Source: Raillietiella orientalis (lineage: Eukaryota). From it: DNA of 64,000 nt. Below, one piece after another: positions 11,900 to 25,907 of this stretch. The stretch spans positions 620,001-684,000 of the forward strand of contig JAYWIR010000028.1 of NCBI GenBank assembly GCA_036172245.1, written 5' to 3'. Position numbers and translations under genes: made by a program. Within the stretch, counting starts at the first letter, position 1. Each line of letters starts with the position of its first letter. The notes under the pieces are model-generated. The model was given only the letters and a program-made list of their open reading frames with translations, was not told the origin of the DNA and searched no databases.

Positions 11900-12700
11900 A
11901 TCGAAAAGGATTCTTACCGACTTTGGAATTCTGCTCTTGAAGTGCAGCACATGTGAGCACAGGGAACTGAAAAACAACGCGCTTGCTACATAGGAGTTTG
12001 CGTTGCCATAGCAGCTTAAGGAGCCGTATGAAAGAGTTGAGCAGTCCAACGCTTTTGCTATGTTTTGCGATTTTCACCGGACTCATGGCATTGGGAAGAG
12101 CTTTGGATGCTTCAGGCCGCATCAGAGTCGCTGTGCTCGAATTTACATCAACGTATGGAACCTCCGTTAGCGAATTCCTAATCGTGATGGAAGCACCAAT
12201 GCAAATATCCTCCAATGTAGAACTTGGAAGTGGTGCATCACGATGTTCAGTAAGCAAGGAAAGGAAGAAAACATCGAACTTTGGAAGAGTGGCTCTTTCG
12301 ACCTTTCACCTTTTGGAACATGGGCTCTTTCGACTCTCGTCGAGAGTCATCCAGAAAACGCCGAGAAAAATTCGAAATGTAGGAGACATAGGGCGACGCG
12401 TTTAATCTTACAGAAATGTGCTCACAACCGAATCGCTCACGGAGTCCACTCGGCGCCTCGAAGCAAAAAGTCGCAGAATTTTTCTCGAACAGTACCTTAG
12501 CCTTCCTTTTGCCCACCACTCTGCGTCTGCCTCTCCCCATGGCCGGTCCTCTACCCACGTAGAACCGGAACCTATCCGAAGACGCGTCTTGCTTTCCCTG
12601 GAGGTGTCCTCTCGGTCTCGGCGAAATGGGTCAGCACGACTCGTGGGACGATTACACTTGGCAGATGAACTCGTGAAAATGACGGACACACGCGAATTAT
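11900..12700 (-). mobile_element. Decayed L1/Tx1-like ORF2 linker remnant
   Basis: AEWWAKGRLRYC, MFQKVKGRKSHSSKVRCF, SSTLEDI and LMRPEASKALPNAM occur in the order expected for the APE-RT linker. Confidence 0.3.
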
Positions 12701-13619
12701 GACTAATAAATGAAATGTGTGCTTTCCAGCGTATCTCTCTGCATAAAATCCGATGCTATCCGAATGCTTCGTATGAAGAAGACGAATGCGCTCCGAGTTT
12801 TCCGTTCGAGTAACCGTAAACAGTCGTTTTTCGTGCTTATCATTCTAATTCGATGGGATGGAATTTTTTCTCACAGTGAAAGAATGCGTTTCGTAGAGTG
12901 TTCCTTATTTATGTGCTTCCTTGAAATCGGATGTATGAAGTCTCAGAAAGCGCTTTCGAAGCGAAAGGTGTCGTGAAGAGACGCTGATGACAGCCCGCGG
13001 GTTTTTCAGCTCCTTAGGTGATCGGTTTCGAATCTCGAGAGATGCAGAGCTTATGATGTGCAGCCGAGCTCGTGGAAATTTGCTTACATCTCGTGCTAAA
13101 GTGACGTGACGATTCTCAAAGAGTATACCGTTGGCATTGCGTAAACCATCGAAGTGCGAGATGAAAAAAAAAAGAAATGCAGAAACCTCCGTAGGACAGT
13201 TTCGTCCTTAAAGAGTCGATTTTCTCGAGCTAGGAAGGAAATCCGGACTGATCAAAATAGCGAGCTAGCGAACCAGAATTTCTAGAGAAATCCCACTTAG
13301 ACTTTCAATCGATAGGGCTATATCATTCGCAAGTTTTTTTTTTTTGTTTTTGTTTTCTTTCTTTTTTTTTTTGTTTTTGTTTTTCCCCTCCAGCTGACAT
13401 GAAGAATTTTTGTAAATTCCAGAATCGAGAAAATGAATTTCAGGACGAGAAAGAACATCAAGGCATAAAATAACCCGAAAGAAAAGTGCTCCCTTTTCGC
13501 TTCGGAATGGAGATGAGGTGTTTCTTGCCATACCGAAATGAAAAAAAAAAAAGAAAGAAAGAAAGAAAAAGAAATGTAAAGCAGCTCGACATGGACCCAC
13601 AAGTGCCATCAATCACGAG

Positions 13620-13960
13620 CTCTCGTTTCCTCATCGTGAGATACCGTTTCGTTCGACATGCTGCTTTCGTCCCCAAGAACTGGGATCCCTTTTTCAAAGA
13701 CTTTTGAAGCATTCGTGGAGCGGAATAGAATGCACTGCTTTCGTGGATTTCACCGGGAAAACGCGTGACCGAGGAATTTCCCGACGAGACCAGAAACGAA
13801 TGCAAAATGGCTCCAGCATGCACTTATTCCGAACAAGACTCTTCCAACCAGCATCTGTGATCATCGCAATTGGCAGAGAATCCTTCTGGGTCTCAATTTT
13901 AGCAGCGCCATGCGCAGACACAAGACGCGACGGTTGCTGACGGGGCACTGCAATCCCTAA
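13620..13960 (+). mobile_element. Decayed non-LTR RT remnant
   Basis: HAAFVPK followed by TAFVDFTGKTRDRG resembles Q.GFVP...AVFVDF.KAFDRV. Confidence 0.3.
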
Positions 13961-14929
13961 GAACACGCCGAAACCCACCCGAAAATGTGCACAAAGTGAG
14001 GGAGGACGATGAATTCCTGAAGGAACGCTTTCTCCAGAATCACTTTCCACCGTCGAAAAACTTGGCCACAGCTAACGGGAAGGTACGACATCAGCCGCGT
14101 TTTGCATTCGAAAAACACCTTCCGAAGAAGGTTCTCGGCGTTCTCGAATGTGCATGCGGTCGGATGCACCAACGTTCATGCACTCCGTCTACCAAACAGT
14201 GAATAAAAGATCCAAAGAGGTTAACCCTTTCTGTTCACAAGGCGCTGAGGAAACGAAACCAACGCTTCACCTCGAAATGTGAAAAATTCAAATGATCCGT
14301 CCACCCCGAGTGCCGCCCACCATTGTGCCGTCTGTCTAAAGAAGCACACTATTGTACCTTCAGATGTACGTCCGAGACAGCAGTACGCGCTGATGACGTC
14401 ACAGGAGCGTCGCGCTAGGAGTTTCGGGAGAAGGCGATACGAAGTGCATCTTTCGCCTGGACTGCACAGGGTGACCTTATGAATACCGCTCTTCTTAGGT
14501 GTTCACATATCGATTATTCCAACCGTTATGGGGAAAAAAAAAATTCCGCGTTCCAAAGGCCGACTTTTTCCTCCTAAGTATGGAACTTTTAGCTTCAATC
14601 CCGTTGTAATCCTGGAACGATACTCTCCCAAATGCACGCAAAGTAGAAATCAATGCGCACTACGTTTCCACTGCTATACCGAACAAACTCTTTTTAAAGT
14701 AATTTGAAATCAGCACCGTCTGGAGATGAGAAAAAAAAATTGTACATGTTCAGAAAAATTTCGTCTCGATTTGGTTATGATTCCCTCGTCCCGCCCATGT
14801 ACGATTCCGGAGTTTTGTGATGCACTTCCAGAAAACATTGTATGTATGCGAATCTGACAAGCCACACGGCCATGACATCTCAGAAACGGAAACAGATTCG
14901 ATCATTCTGCATACGTCTTTTGCAGATTT

Positions 14930-15250
14930 GCACGAGACATCACCAAATTTCACCAATGGATCGTTTGTTCGTGTTCGTTGAATTAGATGGAAGCGTGCAA
15001 ACACACAACACCACAACCTCCGCTTTGGGATGTCTTGCGCAAGAAGAAATGGTACACGGGAATCCCTCCGATCTCTATCTACACTTCATTCTGCAAGCCG
15101 GAACTGAAAAGTGTGAATTTCCAGATTTTCAAATGGTCGCTGTGGTGTTGGATGGCACCTGCATTCTATTTGCTGCCCGTAATGGCTGGGGGGCATTTCC
15201 CGCCTCCGTAATTGGCCTTCTTTTCAAAACCACAGCCGGTCCACGAGACA
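14930..15250 (+). mobile_element. Decayed CR1/L2-like post-RT remnant
   Basis: DRLFVFVELDGSVQTH...ALGCL and IYTSFCKPELK...W resemble DLGV..D..L.F..H...LG.L...LY.S.VRP.LEY...W. Confidence 0.35.
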
Positions 15251-15771
15251 ACCAACTTGGTGATTTTTTTATCCGATGTAGGCATGAAAATCTAAAGGAA
15301 ATCGAACACAGGAGGTTTCCACGTGTGATTTCAAGGGAGGATGCAGTTTTTTGAACAGGGTGACCCCTGCCTGGTTCCACGTGCCCAGCACCAAGCAGGA
15401 ATGAATACCTGGATTGCATGGAATTCCGAGCTCCCTACTCTCTAACTATGAGATAGGCAGTTTGGTGAGTCCATCATCAACAAAAGACATATCTGCACCG
15501 GATTTTTGTAGAACAGTCACAACTGCATGACTGCATTACTCGTATGAGACCGGCGTTAGAACTTTGTAATGCTTGTCTGGATGGGATAAAATAAGTTCCA
15601 CGGGAATGGATTTCCTCAGGTCGAGGGAAACACAGACACTGCAACAACACATTCCACGCCGAATTGCAAGCGGCGCGGTGGGTTTCCCGCAGCCTGCTAA
15701 CAGGAAAACAGCAGAGTCCCTGCGACTGAATTTCTTCATGTTTTGAGCTGAAGTTGAAATAACAGAGTTCC

Positions 15772-15914
15772 GACGCTTAGGTGACCTTTAGCGACGGTCA
15801 GTTCCACGTTCTCACCGCTCTTCCCCGTACGGAATGAACCAAACCTTTCGCGTATTTTACGTCTCCTCGCTCTGCGCTTCCACGGGCGTTCTCTTTGAAT
15901 CCAGGAAACGTCAC
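15772..15914 (+). repeat. About 140-bp direct repeat, copy 1
   Basis: About 15 mismatches plus one 3-nt indel relative to 17751-17890. Confidence 0.9.
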
Positions 15915-16299
15915 ATGCGGAATGATGTGATGTGCAAGCATCATTACGTTGTGTGCAAAAGATACCAAATCGTACTGTTGAAACCTTCTCTTACGCTTGG
16001 CCGGAGGCGAGGAGGAAGAAGAAATCAGCTGGAATCAAGCAGATCGTTTCTGCACGCTGGAATGTAGCCCAGCCCCCCATCGGAAAAAGGTCTGAAGATC
16101 TTGCGAATGCAGATCTTCTGAGAGAGGAGTGGAATGGAAAGTAATTACGCAGATGGAAAAGCTGTTTTGTACCACTACGCCAAGGTTTAAACGGAAGAAG
16201 GTGGTCTGATTGCAAGTAAAATAGCAATTTTATATCATTAAAATACAAAAAAAAGGTGCAGTATGATTCAGATATTCACACTCGTAATGAGAACGAATA

Positions 16300-16965
16300 A
16301 TAGCAACTTTCCTTGAGACCGTGGAAATAACTGCTTTGCACCAGGTCCTCATTGGTAGCTGCCGCCATTTTGAGTTTAGTCTTGGAACCTCAGTGCCACT
16401 CTTTGACCTCATCCCAACTGTTGAATGTTCCTTGTTAACTGCTATTAATCAAGACAAGCTTAGTTTCGTAGGATTAGATGACTCTTAAGCTCAAGAAAGG
16501 GACTGCTGTTTGTTTCATTTTCCGTAGGCACGGCAAGGAGAAGTGCATGGAAAGAAAGAAAGCAATGAAGAATCTATCTCTCCATGCTGTCTCTTTCGAG
16601 GGTGCCTCCGGGGTGGAGAAAGATACGCCATGCACCACGCCATGTTATCGGAAACGGGACTTAGCAGAGCAGCCTAAATTCACACCCAGGACTACATCCG
16701 CGTTCTTGGGAACACCGCTTGTATTTAGATTCGCTTCTGTACAGGAACAGGTTCGGTACACGGCTGGAATCGAAAAGCCAAGTTTCTCCCATTTGGTGAG
16801 CTCATGAGATTTCTCAGCCAGGTAAAAGGAAACGCGATGCGACCTGGAGGAATCCATGTTCTGTTCTTGATGGACCCGGACATGCAGTTCATCAAGAAGG
16901 GCTGTGGCGGCGGTTCGGATGGCATATTTGCTCGTGGCGGCGCGTATCGGAAACCCAAGTTGCAC
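16300..16965 (-). mobile_element. Decayed non-LTR RT remnant between the 140-bp direct repeats
   Basis: QLGF...FYLAEKSHELTKW...TSGVPK..VVLG resembles RT motifs Q.GF, LD.EKAFD.V.W and SGVPQG.VLG. Confidence 0.35.
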
Positions 16966-17750
16966 AACTCTGCACTTACGTCCAAAAGGCTAACTTTTTT
17001 TTCTATTCCAAAGCAATTCAACACGCCAAGATCTATTTGCATCTAAAAAACTGAGTTTGCAATGGATGAATATTCTATAAATAGGTGAATTGCCATCAAG
17101 GACTCTTGAAAGCATGTGCAGAATGCTTCGAAACGGCATGTGAACTCTTCAGTGTGCAATATGAGTGAGCTCTTCACTTGACACACACAAAGAAGCGTAG
17201 ATTTCTGCGCGATCACTTCCTATTCATCACAATCTGTCTGCAAGATTGGGATCCAAAGTCAAATACCACACTTTATCTGGAGATCTTGAAGTGAGCTGTT
17301 TTCCTATGCAACCGCTTTCCAGCTGTATGCAGCGGCTAAGGAAAGTAAGTAGTCTGCCCAGTTGACTGGTTTCCTATCGTTCTTCCAAAGTGAGGAGGAA
17401 CGGAGGGACCACAAGGGAATGTGATGACGTGATTTCAAGTGGTCAGCAGATGAAGTGTGATCCTCTGAAAGTCAACGAGGAATTCTATGTGCGTTTTCCC
17501 ATAGTTTTGGTTTCTTGCTGAAACATGGAGTCGATTTCCTGAGGATTTGGCAGCTGTTCCGCTCGAGAATATCTTTCCATCTTTGGCAAGCAACCAACCT
17601 CAGCGTGCCGAGAGCAAATCGAATGGGCGGATCAACGAGGGATCAGACAGTCTTTTCTGCACCGTTTTCGGAGCAAAAAGCCATGGCTGGATCGAAATCC
17701 TCGTGTTGCTGGAATGGCCCAACGGGAGCGATTTCTTACCCGGATCCATG

Positions 17751-17890
17751 GATGCTTAGCTGACCAGCGACGGTCAGTTCCACGTTCTCACCGCTCTTCC
17801 TTCTACGGAATGAACCAAACCTTGCGCGTATTTTACGTTACCGCACGCTGCGCTTCCACGGGCATTCTCTTTGAATTTAGAAAACGTCAC
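17751..17890 (+). repeat. About 140-bp direct repeat, copy 2
   Basis: Matches 15772-15914; flanks are unrelated. Confidence 0.9.
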
Positions 17891-20479
17891 TATATGAAGT
17901 TCAAGCTGAATGTCGCAGTGCGTGGATATCACACGTTGATAATGTACAGCGTTTCAGAGCGAGATGAAAAGTTCCAGAGCAAAGGAAGTTCAAAGAAGAA
18001 AGTTCGCAAATCATGCACCATGTGCTGTTGGATCAGAAACACGGAGAACAAACACCGTCACTGCGACAGAACAACATTCCAGGGTGCTCGAAATCCAGCT
18101 TTGGCGCAAAATTGTTTTTGCTGAGGTCACTGCCACTGACTGGTGAATGCACGCAGAGAAGTTGTTCACGTTCCAGAAAGCAGAGAAGCGAGTTTTTCTC
18201 TCTGCTAACAGCAAAAGACACGCCTGAAAGTCTTCTGCGGTCGTTTTACAACAAGCCTGTTTACCAGAAGCTTTCAGAATGTTTATGAAACCTCCTTCAG
18301 GTGGTCCCCAAAGTTTGCTTCTGAAGCCCCACCTATCTCGCAGAGGCAGCAATCTTCTGACCCACGAGAAGAATCATCCATAACAGAGATGCAGGGTGAC
18401 TCAGATGATGGTGAAGAGGAGTAAGGAATACTTCAGGGTTGGGATAAAAATAAAGAAGAATACAGGAATAAGCACTTCCATGAGAATCGATGTGGCCGGC
18501 ATCAAAGAAAAAAAAAACCAAAAAAAAAAAAAACACTTTGCAAACACCTAATTAAAAGTTTTTACTCCCTTATTACTTAAAGTCTTTGAACAGTCATTCT
18601 CCAGAGAGTTAGAAGAAGAAAAAAAAAGGACAGTGAAAGAAAAGCGTTTCTTTTTAGGAATCGCTCTGTGCTAATTTTTTTTCTGGATATTTCCATCGAC
18701 TTAAGGTGAATGTTCCAGGCCGAGAGGGAAAGATCGGTCTTGTGACCCTGCATTCCGTGTGACTTCTGAGCATGTATTGAGCACCTCCGAGCACGCAACA
18801 GCGTTCAAGGCAAATGAGTTCATTTCGCTTAACGCAAGGCGTCTTTTGGATCTCTGTATAATGAAGGACGAACCTTTCACTACATATGTGAGAACCCGCT
18901 CATTTCATCACATGATGTAAAACTGTGGAAGGGGACTGATTCCTCGACCGTGCTCAAGAAAGTTAAAATCACTTGCGGTATAGTGAAATACCTGCATGTC
19001 CTATTCACAGACTCTCCCGCTGCTTAATTTTGACCCCTACGACCTCATGCAGATCCAAGAATAAAAATTCACCGAATGGACCACGTTAGAAGGATGCAGA
19101 AAGTTCTCAACCTCAATGTAGAAGGATATAAATAAGATTTGGAGGAGCGAAGGTAGAATGGAATGCGTTCCACAGGAAACGGTGATGGTAAGGTACGATT
19201 TGCATTTTTTTTACATTTTTGTAATCACGAAGATTTAACTTCCTGGAAGAGAATAAGGCAACGTTTCTAATTTTAGAGAGGGTGTTTGAATCTGAGCTTC
19301 TCTTTGCTTCTCGCATGACATCTACGTCAATGGCGACGTTTCCGCAAACTATGTCAAGTAATAAGACAGCTTTTTTTTCCCTTCCTTTCTTTTTTTTGCA
19401 GACGATAAGACCGTGTTTCTAAGAATTTAGATGGTTGTGAGGTATGGTGAAGTGGGCTGGCTACTTCCATTTCCATAGCTGGGAAGACGTTCTTAATTTG
19501 TTCCGAAGGCTGGAAGAGACATCTAGGAAAAAAAAAAAAAAAAAAAAAAAGGGGCATTTCTCGAATGTTTAGAAAACAAGATGCCTCCTGCGTGAATTCC
19601 CATGTGTGGCTGTGAGTGAGTGAAAAGCAAGTCGTCGCAAACAAAGAAGGCACAAGCAAGTAAAATAATATGTACGACGAGCTGAGTCTTAGATTTCTGA
19701 TGTTCTTTAGTAAAGCCATCATTCTCTCAGCAAAACAAAGAGTTAAAACACATACATTAATGTCCATTCGTTCGACTAAGATTTGCATAGAATATGTGCT
19801 TTACGAAGCGGTTGGTTTACTACCTCAGGGATAAATAGTGGTTTGCTGAAAGACTGGTGAATGGTTGGCAAACCAGTCCGATTAACAACTTCAAGCTTTC
19901 AGAGTGGGTGAGGCTAACAACTGAAATTTTAATGCTAATTTCAGCTTATCTCCAAATATTCTGAATTTTTATTTTGAGGATAGATCCAACCTTGTTGAGC
20001 TTCATGTGAAAGAAGGAATTCTGTTGGGGCACCTTTTACTTGGTTTCTTCATATTCAGGTTTTCCAAGAAATGTTCAGATTACTTATGCTGATATTCCTG
20101 TTGAAGCCATAAGGCATTTGATACCACCTACGTGCTTCTCCCAACGCCCATCTTCTCTGAATGGGTTTTGACATGGCATTAGGGTGCACGTATCGTTTCC
20201 ACAAGACACCCCCTCTACAACTCTCTTCCATGGATAAACCAGGCAAACAATAAAAGGCTTCTATTTTTCAAAATAGAATAAGAATGACCCTGTTCTCACT
20301 TGCACCATTTTAACAGAGTTGCACAGATGTAAAGAGCATGCATAGACTAAGCAAATTGCAGCTCAGATTTTTTGCTGGTAATATTTATCTATCTTTTTGT
20401 TGCTTTTTTTTTTTTTTTTAAACCTAATGAGTCGCTTTTTATCCAAGGTTGAGGTGGAAAACTTAGCTAAGAGGGTTAG

Positions 20480-20740
20480 ATCGAAAACGGTTTTGGAGGT
20501 CCATCCAAATGCAGAAAGCGAAGCCTTTTCCGCATCATTGCCTTATCTTCCACCTGAGTACTGGATTTGTTCTCCTGAAATCAAATTCCAGTCCTTATTC
20601 ATCGTCCCTGACCTCGGTTTGCTCAGTTTATAGGACCTCTTGCCCAGAACGGCAAAGAGTTCCAAGACAGCTGATTGAAAGATTTGATATCTGCTTAGCG
20701 TCGATGGAGGGAATTTTGTGACTCTGCAATCTCCAAAATT
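20480..20740 (-). mobile_element. Decayed non-LTR RT remnant
   Basis: SNLSISCLGTL...NLISGEQIQYSGGR...TSKTVFD resembles NYRPISLL...LL..EQ.GF..GR...SKAFD. Confidence 0.3.
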
Positions 20741-22238
20741 ATTGAGAAGGTCGATTCATGGCTAATGAAGAGTAGAATGTAATGCTCTTATTGCTTGCAA
20801 GAACGACTTTACGTTGGAGTCTTCGCAAAAATTCGCTTGCCTCATTGCCCATAAGAGTGAACTTGCCTTCAGTTTTTTCTGCACATTGCTCAAAAACAAT
20901 TTGGAAACAAATGTTAGGCAGAAGGAACAAGAAACTACAGGCAGAAGCGTTAAAAACAGCCTGAAAATGATTCAGTTTCGTGAAAAACGGAATTCCTTAC
21001 TGTTTTGAAGATTTCTACATGAAATGTATTCGGGTGATTGACATGACAACAAAACTACACTAAACTAAACAACTGTCAATGTGTGAAAGAGTGCTCCTAT
21101 CAAAGTCTTCTTTTATCGGGAACGAATTCCGAAATTGCAAAAATCGACAGGAAGAAAGTTAGCTTTTGCATAGCCTGAAATACTTCTTCCATTTTCGAAA
21201 CGCTATCTCAATGGCCATGAAGTAAATCTGCCAGTGTAACAGTCTAAAAGTAAATCAAAGATACAAAAAAATGCTTGTTGATCCTCCAAATCCTCCGACC
21301 ATATATCCTGTGTCCACAAGTACAGAGGTAAAACTGTTTGTTCAGAATGGTGTGCCTCCGACAAGTGATACCATGGCCCTATTTTGATCTGCTTTACTTT
21401 TTAAGGGTCTTCACTTGAAATCATAAAAGCAACAGAAATCGGCTTGCGCAGCTCTTTCTCTTATGGTAGTGAAACAGCCACTCGATCCAAGAAATCCTTG
21501 TAATCTAAACGTGCATCCTGGGGTTCCTGCTATTAGAGTTAGGAAACTCAAATCCAGTTCTTTCCAAAGTAATGGAAGGAAATGTATCCGAAAGTGTCAG
21601 TGAAACATCAAATACATTCCAGTAATGCAGATCTGAAACATCTATAAATATGCATTCTAACGAGGCCGATGCAATAATACAGAAGCTAGTAGTTGCCGTT
21701 CTTCTCTTTCAGGAATTATTCTGGAAGATTCTAGCAACCGAAGACTTCCTATAAGTCTTGTGGAATGATTGGAATCACAGAAAAATAAACATAACAAAGA
21801 TGATTAACTATAAATGATTCCACGGATAATACCGTTAAGTTAAATAAATAATCATGTTCAATTCAGATTTGGCTTGAATATGTTTATTGCTGTTGATAGA
21901 TAATTTGTTTGTTGCTGTTGATAATAATTCCTTATTCAAATCTGTTGCTTTCTGAAAAACATCGCTGTGTTCGATCTCAAACACATGTGTAATAGTCAAG
22001 GGGTATCCACAGACTGTAACATCATTGTTTTTCTTTTAAGCTAATAAAAACAGTGAGAAGTTGTCTCAGTCACCATGTCCTCTTCGAAATACGGAATCTC
22101 CTTTCATGAGAGCTATTTGTACTATTCATGGGAGTTTTGTGTATCAAATCATTTTAGAATTTTATTGTAATTAGTCAGGCTCATAATAACTTGAGAAGTT
22201 GAAAATAAGTTGAAAATCAACAAATTCGTCTCAGGTTG

Positions 22239-22287
22239 TCAAAATGATGTACATCCCCTTCAATAAAGGGCATGTACATCATTTTGA
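22239..22287. repeat. Near-perfect palindrome/hairpin
   Basis: tcaaaatgatgtacat-c-ccctt-caata-aaggg-c-atgtacatcattttga: 16-bp plus 5-bp stem, one mismatch, 5-nt loop. Confidence 0.85.
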
Positions 22288-23634
22288 AAAGGTGAAAGCA
22301 TACATCCCAAAGTAATATAGTGAAGTGAATAGCATGATTTAATCCGAAGTACAAGAAATTAAATTGTTTTTTTTTAATCAAACGGATTGAAGAGAGAAGA
22401 AAGAATGAAATGGAACTAATAATAACTTTTGAGGCAAATTTGAGAACACAATTGTGAACTGCGCTTGAGTTTTTGTAAGTGCAGAATTGCTTGCTTTCAA
22501 AGCAAACAGTATACTCTGGAGTTCTTTTCTTTAAATTAAAAGAATTTCTTTAATGAAGATCTTAGGAATTAATATCAGCAACATCAGTTATTAAAGATAC
22601 ATTTATTTTCATATAATTAAATGAAAGTGCTTATTCCACCTGTAACTCACCTAAAATGGAAATTTACAAAACCTAGTCACATTATGAAAAAATTTGTTTC
22701 ACCGACGATCATTTGCCCACTCTTTCGCTGGCAACACTGTCTGGACGACTGCTACGTTTCCCAAAGTTTATGAAGTGATGCGGAAGTGCTCCTTAGAACT
22801 TTGTGTAGTTAAAGGTGCACGTTTTTTGTGTTGGCCTTTATATTTGGCGTACAATTTGAATTGTTTATAAATAACACAGCAAAGACTCTTAGGTAAATAA
22901 GTTTGTAGAGGATGCAGTGTTGCTAACAATGTGTGGACACCTAAATGTAACGGCTGCAATGAGCATTATCCTCCTACTTTTCTTTGTTTTTCAGTAAAGT
23001 CATTCGTGCTGTAAAGCATGCTTTTAATTGCTTAAATTCGGTAGCTGTGTCAGGGTAGCAACATGTATTTAAATGTAGATAAAGTAAAGATTTCATTTCT
23101 TTATTTTTTTATTCACACTGTTTACAGTTTAAAAGTTAACTTTTTTCATTTTAGAGACGGAAAAATTATATTTGGGTAGCACACTTACATTTTCCCCGTT
23201 ACAGTGATAAATAAACTGTGATCCTTTGTTTGTTTGATCCACTTTCTTGCCTTTTTCAATTATTTCAATAATTTTATGAAAATAGAAACATGTTTCATAG
23301 TGTAAAAAAATTACATTACTGTGTGAAGTTCATTGTTGCCAATTTTTTTTCAGTTCGAATTTCCAAAGTTCTGCAGAATTATCTGATATAGGTTGCAGCT
23401 GTGTGAATACAGTGACAGATTGGCAAGGAAACATGCCATTTGATTCACTTAATAGTAGTGTTTATTTCAAAGTCATTATTTTTGTTGGAGAACTCCAGCA
23501 TATTAACTTGATTTGTTTGGAAATTTAAGGTCGGAAATGGCAACTAAGTATTGTAATATGATTCTCAGGGATTCATGAATATCAAGAACTCTTTGTAAAC
23601 TCATTTGTTTCTTTTGAGAACAGTAGCAGCAAGC

Positions 23635-23672
23635 ATATATATGTATATATGTATACATATGTACATATATAT
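23635..23672. repeat. Imperfect (TA)n microsatellite
   Basis: atatatatgtatatatgtatacatatgtacatatatat. Confidence 0.8.
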
Positions 23673-25907
23673 CCATAACACATAGTTTTCAATTCTTTAA
23701 TGAAATTAACTGAATTTTATAACTGATCATGTTTGTGTATGCCTGTAGGTATCACAATTATTATATAGTCCTTGAAGATTGGTGAGATTCTGATAATTTC
23801 CATAAAGTGTTATGTATTGGAATTTCTAGTGAATACATACATACTCTTATTGTGTAGGATCCATTTCTATTTTGTATATGGTAGATGCATAAATGCTTGT
23901 ACTTGATTTCACATGAGTTCAAAGCCTGCTGAGAATAATAGGGCTGAAAATTATTTCTCCATGCTTTTTTCCAAAAATGGTTTGTAACTTTCCACTTGTG
24001 TAGCTTCAATCTCAAGAACTGTTTTTACCATTTTGAAAGCGCAAAAGGTTTCTGCAAAAATCTGGAACCTTTATTTTTTCAAACAATTATAATGTTTATG
24101 TTTATTCCCTACTGACCAGGGAAGGATTTCTTGCAGGTATTTTGCTGAATAGTGATGACTCAAGATTTATGTTTCACTTAGTGGATCTAAGGCTGTTGCT
24201 GTATCTAGTAAAAGTGCTGTCCTGAAGTTTAATGTTTGCCTATGCTGTCACAATTTTAAATCTTAGACTTTATATTTTCACTGAGTCACTTTTATATTTT
24301 TCTTCCCAATTTTTGTGTATCCAGGTTTTGCAGCCTTATAATTATAGGTGCCTTTTTTGTTGTTTTCCAAATGCAGTGATAAACTGTAAGCATATCCAGA
24401 ATAAGAATCTATCAGCATTAGACCAACATGGATTTGGATTTTACTCCTTTCAGGAGCTAGAGTTGGGATTCCATTCTTAATAAATAAATTAAATGTGTTC
24501 ATAACTCTCAGCTCTTTGGATGGTGTTCCTGTGGCATTCTTGCAGATTTAATTCACCAAATCACAGATAGATTTTGGTCGCTAAGTTGAAGTTTTGTGAC
24601 TGCATGTTACAAGTTGACAATTTTTTATTTTTACCATTTTTCACAAAGTGCTTTTAAATTATGAAAGCACATCCAGATGTGAGGTTGTGGCTTTGTTTCA
24701 CACTTTAAAAGTCTTGCTTGGGAACAGGGTTCATTATTCATGTATAACACTTGCTTGTTATTACAACTAGTGTACACTAATTACAGAATTGAAACAAAGG
24801 GAAACATTATTTACTGGATGAGGCAGACTAGTATTTAGTAAAAGTAGGTTTACAATAGGTTTTCTTACGAAGCAGAAGCTACCCATTTGCAGTTCCTTGA
24901 TAAAACTCGAAAAACTTGTTATTTTTATCGAAATTTGTTTTGTTTTCAACTAGTTATCTGACAAATTTGTATATCATTTCTGCTATTGATCTAGTGAATC
25001 TCGATTTACTTACTGTTTAATGGTGCTTTTTATGTAATTAATTTCTTTATAATTAAATTTAATTTTTTTGCCCGCATGATTTTTTTTCTTATGCTAATAT
25101 CCCAATTTTGATTTCTTCATTCGCAGTAATCACTTATCTGCATTAGTCCTGTGACTGGTTGTATCAGTCAGGATAATGTTTTTTGCGCTTTCGTTTCCTA
25201 GCAGTTTATTTATTTGCTGGTGCAAATCATTTCCTACTCTTGAGTGGAGGAAGGCATCTTCGTGACCGTGGCCATAATGCCATCTGCAAAGTGCCGTGTG
25301 GGAATCCTCGCTCGCTTAAATGGCACTGTTCCATCCAGTGTTTTCGTTGTATCCCTGTTGGGAGCCATTCTGAGCTCCTGGAAGCATCCGCAATAAGTTT
25401 AAGCACATTCTCGTCCAAAATCTCAAGAAGTATGTTGCTATTCTCTCACGACTCATTCTCTCATGACTCTCACGCTTTGAAGCGTTGATACGTTTCAAAG
25501 CGAGGCAAACTCAGATTTTGATATGAAAGAATGAACTTTGGCAAGGACTTTGTTTTGCTTTCTTTCTTTACATCGAGAAAGCTGTCTTTTAACAACAGAC
25601 TTTTGAACAACATATCCGAGAACATCGAGAATGCAATCCGGTAACGCAAATACATAAACTTGGTCCTGGTTTTGCAACGTGGTTGCCTTTTGACTAAGTA
25701 TAATTGCAAATGGATATTTGCAATTATACTCAACTTATTCGCCCGGTAGTGGAGGTGGGCGTGCATTCCAACGTGGTGACATGTGGATGGACATAACATA
25801 CCTACGAGAAGACTGCAGCGGCGGTCTCTGCTCTCTCTCCTACCCCCTTCCATTTCCTCCCGGTTCGCGGCTGCACCCATCAGACGACGGGCGAACATCC
25901 GGGCAAG

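Noticed and set aside
12985..13040. Hammerhead ribozyme (CTGATGA followed by a short stem)
   Set aside because: No GAAA after stem II and no closing stems; the other CTGATGA sites checked (7297, 8158, 14390, 33944, 38716, 43864) also fail.
21271..21603. Coding exon or stop-codon readthrough
   Set aside because: Frames on both strands are interrupted by stops and match no family I recognise.
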